Origin: Deltaproteobacteria bacterium
GTDB lineage: Bacteria > Myxococcota_A > UBA9160 > SMWR01
NCBI GenBank assembly: GCA_032128375.1
Contig: JAQBGU010000209.1
Span: 1 to 64,000, forward strand
Reading direction: 5' to 3'
DNA: 64,000 nt
A program made the translations under genes and the position numbers. The notes below the pieces were generated by a model, which was not told where the DNA came from, did no database searches, and worked only from the letters and a program-made list of their open reading frames with translations. Each line of letters starts with the position of its first letter. The first letter of the stretch is position 1. Positions 58,938 to 64,000 of this stretch are shown in pieces.

Positions 58938-59726
58938 ATGGTATTCGACAACATCCTGTTCGATTCGAGCGAGGGACTCGCTCGCCTGACCCTCGATCGG
59001 CCGAAGGCCGCCAACGCACTGAATCTCGATCTCGCCAAGGAACTCCTGGAAGCGGCGACAATCTGCTCGGAAGACTCGTCGATTCGCGCGGTGCTTCTCA
59101 GCGGCTCTGGCAAGATGTTCTGCGCCGGTGGGGACCTGCGCAGCTTTGCCGACGCGGGTGACCAGGTCGCCGCGCATCTGACCCAACTCGCCAACACGCT
59201 TCATGCGGGCATTTCGAAGTTGGCCCGAATGAATGCGCCGCTCGTAGTCGCAGTCAACGGAGCGGCCGCCGGCGCGGGAATGAGCCTGGTCTGTATGAGC
59301 GATCTGGCGATCGCGGCGGAATCTGCAAGCTTCACGATGGCGTACACAGCAGCGGGTCTCACGCCTGATGGCAGTTCGACCTACTACCTTCCTCGGGCCG
59401 TCGGAACGCGACGTGCCAGGGAGTTGATCCTCACCAACCGGCGCCTGTCAGCCGCTGAGGCACTGGACTGGGGCCTCGTGCAAAGCGTGGTGCCCGATGA
59501 CGAATTGATGGCCGAGGCCGAGAAGCTCGCGACCAGGCTGAGTCGGGGCCCGACGCTCGCATTCGGCGCCGCCAAACGATTATTGATCGACAGTGCGACG
59601 GCGGAACTCGAGTCCCAGATGGACGCCGAGACGGCGGCCATAGCGGAGATGACCCGAAACGCAGACGGCCGCGAGGGAATCGCGGCGTTCCTCGAGAAGC
59701 GACGGCCTGAGTTCAAGGGTCGATAG
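58938..59726 (+). CDS. Enoyl-CoA hydratase/isomerase (PaaG-like)
   Basis: RPKAANAL, FCAGGDL, AVNGAAAGAG, GLTPDG, EGIAAFLEKRRP; GGAG RBS. Confidence 0.93.
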   Translation: MVFDNILFDSSEGLARLTLDRPKAANALNLDLAKELLEAATICSEDSSIRAVLLSGSGKMFCAGGDLRSFADAGDQVAAHLTQLANTLHAGISKLARMNAPLVVAVNGAAAGAGMSLVCMSDLAIAAESASFTMAYTAAGLTPDGSSTYYLPRAVGTRRARELILTNRRLSAAEALDWGLVQSVVPDDELMAEAEKLATRLSRGPTLAFGAAKRLLIDSATAELESQMDAETAAIAEMTRNADGREGIAAFLEKRRPEFKGR

Positions 59727-59742
59727 CGCGCGCTCTGCCGGG

Positions 59743-61650
59743 ATGACCGTTTCGGCGTTACCGCTTTGGTTGGCGGTAGCCGCTGTCTGCACGCTCCAGC
59801 TCTGGCTCGCATTCCCCAGCGAGATCGTCGCCAGCGCAAATCCTTACGACCAGATCCGATATCTCGAGATGGCCGAATCGATTGGTGACGGCGAGTGGTT
59901 GGGCCCCTTCGACGTCATGACGCTCACACGGGATGTGGGGTATCCGTCGTGGATCGCCGCCGTGCACATCACGGGAATGCCGCTGCGGATCGCAAACGAG
60001 CTGTTGCTGATGGGAGCCGGCCTGCTGCTGTGCTTGGCATTGGTTCGTTCCGGTATTCCCGCAGGTATCGCCGGCCTCCTGTTCGCCACCCTTGCTCTCC
60101 AACCGCACGGAATGCTCGTTATGCGCGACCTGCTGCCATCGAGTTTCTATGCTGCGCTTCTGCTCGTTTCACTCGCGGGCATGCTGTTCAGCGTTACGGC
60201 GCGAACGGATGCTTGGCAACGGGTCCATCTGATCTGGACCGCGATCGCGTTGGGAATGCTGTGGACGACTCGACCCGAGCAGATGTTGATCGTGGTGTTG
60301 GTGCTGACGTTTGGCGCCTGCCGTTTCGCGCTGGCCCGCAGCAGTGTGACCTCCATTGGGGCCGCGCTCGGGCGCTCTGCGCTGGCAATGGCCGTGCTCG
60401 CGGCTGGGATCGGGTTCGTCGTTGGTTCAGTTGCGGCCCTCAATTATGCCCACTATGGCGTTTGGCGAACCTCGGACTACAAGGCGCCCGGCTTCGCGGC
60501 CGCGAGTCGGGTGCTGCTATCGATCGTTCACGAAAACCCGCGACGGTTGGTACCCGTGCCGTTCGACGTTCGCGAGCGTGCCTACGCGGTGAGCCCCGCG
60601 TTCGCGGCGCTGCGACCTGCCCTGGAAGCACCCAGCTGGGCTCGAGGCGTCAGCTGCAACATGGACGATGTCTGCGACGACCTTGCCGGCGGCTACTTCC
60701 GCTGGATTCTGCGGGAGGCCGTGGCGCAGCAAGTCGATAGCCGCTCCGCGGCAGCGCTCGACGCGGGTTTGGCTCAGATCGCGCACGAGCTGGAGCGCGC
60801 GTGTGATAGTGGCGCCCTGCAGTGTCAGCGCTCCCTATCGAGCTTCCTCCATCCCTACCCCGAGACCTACATCCCACATCTCCTCGATTCGCTTCGTCGG
60901 GTATTCAATCGCATGGCGAGTTCCGGCGGTGTGCGCGATCGTGCACCTGCCAGAGACGCCGTTAATTTGAATATAAATCTGCAAGACAAATTCGATTACG
61001 TCGCGAATCGGCGCACCGAGTTCGCTCATCTTCGTCGCGACCGCATCGTCGTGTGGGCTCATGCCACGGCGGATCCGATCGTCTCGGCCCGATTCGACAT
61101 CGCCGGGCATCGATCTGAGGTTCCTCTAGAAGTCGAGAAAGACGCGGCCGAGCGGGGATACCGGCTCCGGTTCGAGGCCGAGCAGCTCGACGAACGGCCG
61201 CTCACGCGTTATCCGGTCGTGGAACTCGAGCGCGCATCCGGTGCGACCACGCGCGCCCCGATTCCGCTGCTCGGTGCCTCCAGCACAGTCGACGGCGTGT
61301 CGCTCGAAACCGAACGATGGGATCAACCCCAGCCGGTCGGCGCCGCGCAGACCCGAGTGCGCGGCGCTCTTTGGACAGTGCATGCCGGTCTCATCCGGCT
61401 TGCGAGTCTGGCCGGCGTCGTATCGCTGATCACACTCTCGGGCGCGCGCGGTCGCACCTGGGATGCCGCTCTCGTCGCTATCGCACTGATGGGCGTCGCG
61501 GTAGCTAGCCGGCTGGCACTGTTGACGATGGTGGATGCGTCGTCGTTCCCCGCCTTCAGCACCCGCTACATCTACCCCACAGTATCACTATTCAGTGGCG
61601 TGATGATGCTTCTCACACATCGCGCCTGGCTGGTTTATCGCAATCGTTGA
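59743..61650 (+). CDS. Multi-pass membrane protein of unknown function (GT-C glycosyltransferase-like topology)
   Basis: N-terminal TM, PYD acidic loop, GYP, TRPE, large soluble loop, C-terminal TMs with RY. Confidence 0.6.
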   Translation: MTVSALPLWLAVAAVCTLQLWLAFPSEIVASANPYDQIRYLEMAESIGDGEWLGPFDVMTLTRDVGYPSWIAAVHITGMPLRIANELLLMGAGLLLCLALVRSGIPAGIAGLLFATLALQPHGMLVMRDLLPSSFYAALLLVSLAGMLFSVTARTDAWQRVHLIWTAIALGMLWTTRPEQMLIVVLVLTFGACRFALARSSVTSIGAALGRSALAMAVLAAGIGFVVGSVAALNYAHYGVWRTSDYKAPGFAAASRVLLSIVHENPRRLVPVPFDVRERAYAVSPAFAALRPALEAPSWARGVSCNMDDVCDDLAGGYFRWILREAVAQQVDSRSAAALDAGLAQIAHELERACDSGALQCQRSLSSFLHPYPETYIPHLLDSLRRVFNRMASSGGVRDRAPARDAVNLNINLQDKFDYVANRRTEFAHLRRDRIVVWAHATADPIVSARFDIAGHRSEVPLEVEKDAAERGYRLRFEAEQLDERPLTRYPVVELERASGATTRAPIPLLGASSTVDGVSLETERWDQPQPVGAAQTRVRGALWTVHAGLIRLASLAGVVSLITLSGARGRTWDAALVAIALMGVAVASRLALLTMVDASSFPAFSTRYIYPTVSLFSGVMMLLTHRAWLVYRNR

Positions 61651-61684
61651 TCTCAGTCGTCGCCTCGGTCCGTCACGCTGTCCG

Positions 61685-63373
61685 TTACTCGGTCCCGTCG
61701 GTTACACAACCCAAGGACGCCGAACTCACGCAGCGAATGTATTTCGCGAGCGTACCGCGGGTAGCTTTCAGCGGGGGTGCGGCCCATTGCGCTCGCCTGC
61801 GATCGAGTTCATCGTCGCTGACGTCCAAGTCGATCACCCCCTTCTTGGCGTCGATCGTGATGACGTCGCCGTCGGCAACGAGTGCGATCGGACCACCGTC
61901 TTGCGCTTCGGGAACCACGTGACCGATCAAAAAACCGTGAGAACCTCCGGAGAACCGCCCGTCGGTAATCAGCGCGACCTCGGCCCCGAGTCCAGCCCCC
62001 ATCAGCATCGATGTCGGGGTCAGCATCTCGGGCATTCCGGGTCCGCCTTTCGGTCCTTCATAGCGGATCACGATTACGTCGCCGGCCACGATCCTTTTTG
62101 CCTCTACTGCAGCGAGCATGTCCTCTTCGCAATCGAACGGCCGCGCCGGGCCCGAAAACAGATACCCCTGCTTGCCTGTGATTTTTCCGACCGATCCTTC
62201 TGGAGCCAATCGGCCGCGCAAGATCTGGATGTGGCCGTGGGGTTGGATCGGGTCTCCAAATGGACGGATCACCTGCTGGCCGTCGGCGAGCGGCGGCAGA
62301 CCCGCGAGGTTCTCGGCGAGTGTCTTGCCGGTTACCGTGAGGCAGTCGCCGTTCAGCGCGCCGTTTTCGAGCATCCGTTTCATCACCGCGGGCGTCCCGC
62401 CGACTTTGTGGAGATCTTCCATCACGTAGCGGCCGCTGGGCTTGAGATCGGCGAGGTACGGTAAGCGATCGCTGACCTGCTGGAAGTCGTCGATCGTCAG
62501 CGGAACACCGATCGCATGCGCGATCGCTAGCAGATGAAGCACGGCGTTAGTCGAACCACCCAGCACCATTACGATCGCCATCGCGTTGCGAAAGGCGTCT
62601 GGGGTCATGATATCGCTCGGTTTGATGTCTTTTTCGAGCAGCAGTGCGATTGCGGCGCCGGCCCGCCGGCATTCCTGCAGCTTCGCCGGGTCTTCGGCCG
62701 GGCTCGATGAGCTGTAGGGCAGACTCATGCCGAGTGCTTCGATTGCGCAGGACATTGTGTTCGCGGTGTACATTCCGCCGCACGCACCGGCTCCCGGACA
62801 AGCATTGCGCACGATATCGCTGCGCTTGGGCTCGTCGATACTCCCGGCGATATACTGGCCATAACTCTCGAACGCCGAGATGATGTCGAGCGTCTCGCCG
62901 CTGCTGCTCTTGCCGGCCTTGATGGTGCCACCGTAGACCATCAACGACGGTCGGTTTACACGCGCCATCGCGATCAGCGTGCCGGGCATGTTCTTATCGC
63001 ATCCGGGCAGCGAAATATTCGCGTCGTACCACTGGGCGCACATCACCGTTTCGATCGAGTCGGCGATCAGGTCGCGGGACTGCAGCGAATAGCTCATCCC
63101 TTCGGTGCCCATCGAGATGCCATCCGACACGCCGATCGTGTTGAATCGCATACCCACCAGACCCGCTTCGACGACACCCTCCTTGACCACTGTCGCGAGA
63201 GCGTTCAGGTGCATATTGCAGGAGTTGCCGTCGTACCAGACGCTGGAAATTCCGACCTGCGGCTTGTTCATGTCCGCCTCGGTCATGCCGGTGGCGTAGA
63301 GCATCGCCTGCGATGCTCCCTGGATCTTCGGTTGTGTAATTCGGCGGCTGACCTTGTTGCGATACTCTTCCAT
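61685..63373 (-). CDS. ilvD: Dihydroxy-acid dehydratase
   Basis: [59 protein letters not shown]. Confidence 0.97.
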   Translation of the reverse strand: MEEYRNKVSRRITQPKIQGASQAMLYATGMTEADMNKPQVGISSVWYDGNSCNMHLNALATVVKEGVVEAGLVGMRFNTIGVSDGISMGTEGMSYSLQSRDLIADSIETVMCAQWYDANISLPGCDKNMPGTLIAMARVNRPSLMVYGGTIKAGKSSSGETLDIISAFESYGQYIAGSIDEPKRSDIVRNACPGAGACGGMYTANTMSCAIEALGMSLPYSSSSPAEDPAKLQECRRAGAAIALLLEKDIKPSDIMTPDAFRNAMAIVMVLGGSTNAVLHLLAIAHAIGVPLTIDDFQQVSDRLPYLADLKPSGRYVMEDLHKVGGTPAVMKRMLENGALNGDCLTVTGKTLAENLAGLPPLADGQQVIRPFGDPIQPHGHIQILRGRLAPEGSVGKITGKQGYLFSGPARPFDCEEDMLAAVEAKRIVAGDVIVIRYEGPKGGPGMPEMLTPTSMLMGAGLGAEVALITDGRFSGGSHGFLIGHVVPEAQDGGPIALVADGDVITIDAKKGVIDLDVSDDELDRRRAQWAAPPLKATRGTLAKYIRCVSSASLGCVTDGTE

Positions 63374-63533
63374 GAGGACTCCGGCTCGTGGCGGGTTTGC
63401 GGCGGTCTGCCGGCAAACACCGTCCACCTGGCCGACAGAATAGCGCCCCCTCAGTCAAGGATCCGCCGGAGTCGCGATCGACGCGTGAATCGCAACATAC
63501 GACCCAATCGAGCCGACAACGGAGGGCCGAGCA

Positions 63534-64000
63534 GTGGAGTCGCACGAACCGCGCATCAAGTTGGGAGTCGCACTTCGCAGCATGGGTCCACAGTCGACCG
63601 CCGCGGCGGTTCTCGAATGCACGCTCGCGGCCGAGTCGGCCGGCTTCGACGACGTCTGGGTACAGGATCACATCGCGATCGCTCCCGACGACGCGGAGGG
63701 TTCGGGCGGACGCTATCTGGATCCGCTGGCCACGCTGGCGTTCCTCGCGGGCGCCACCCGGCGAATTGGGCTGGGTACAGGCGTGCTGATCCTTCCCTAC
63801 CGGGAGCAGTTGGCGACCGCGAAGTGGGTCGCGACGATTCAGGAGTTATCGGCCGGGCGACTGCTGCTCGGGGTCGGAATCGGCTGGTTGCGTTCCGAGT
63901 TCAACGCGCTCGGCCTCGACAGATCCCAGCGCGGTACCGCCAGCGACGAGACGCTCGAATTCCTGAACCGCTGCTTCGCAGACGACGAAGCCGAAGCACA
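63534..64000 (+). CDS. LLM-class flavin/F420-dependent oxidoreductase (runs off the window end; absent from the ORF track)
   Basis: GTG after GGAGGG; KLGVALRSMGP...GFDDVWVQDH...YLDPLATLAFLAGATRRIGLGTGVLILPYR...GRLLLGVGIGW. Confidence 0.9.
   Translation, partial: MESHEPRIKLGVALRSMGPQSTAAAVLECTLAAESAGFDDVWVQDHIAIAPDDAEGSGGRYLDPLATLAFLAGATRRIGLGTGVLILPYREQLATAKWVATIQELSAGRLLLGVGIGWLRSEFNALGLDRSQRGTASDETLEFLNRCFADDEAEA

Overview
GC-rich (about 60-65% by eye), gene-dense bacterial chromosomal segment with about 55 CDS. Gene content (DUF6178-like protein, histone-fold protein, Sec-containing DsbA) suggests a deltaproteobacterial/Myxococcota-like organism; this is inference. No rRNA, tRNA, CRISPR array, transposase or integrase was recognised. 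Most of the window is housekeeping or metabolic: an RND efflux operon, rlmD, nadE, ilvD, ltaE, an amidase and several hydrolases. Highlights: (1) a monocistronic bacterial histone-fold gene with a Lys-rich N-terminal tail (52121-52330); (2) a DsbA-family gene split by an in-frame TGA that forms a U-P-Y-C motif, with a perfect SECIS-like hairpin 11 nt downstream, i.e. a selenoprotein the ORF track misses (37387-38118); (3) a serine-palmitoyltransferase-like gene clustered with MlaA, MlaC/HpnM and an HpnN-type MMPL exporter plus a nearby lipid kinase, a candidate sphingolipid synthesis and export locus; (4) a tungsten-type AOR/MoaD/2xMoeA cluster running directly into a multi-zinc-ribbon Ser/Thr kinase; (5) an unexplained, hairpin-rich ~1 kb non-coding region upstream of that cluster; (6) two pseudogenes and a recurring pattern of 11-18 bp tandem repeats at gene termini. 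All family assignments come from motif recognition by eye; no database searches were run. Several start codons were moved from the ORF track using RBS and homology reasoning.
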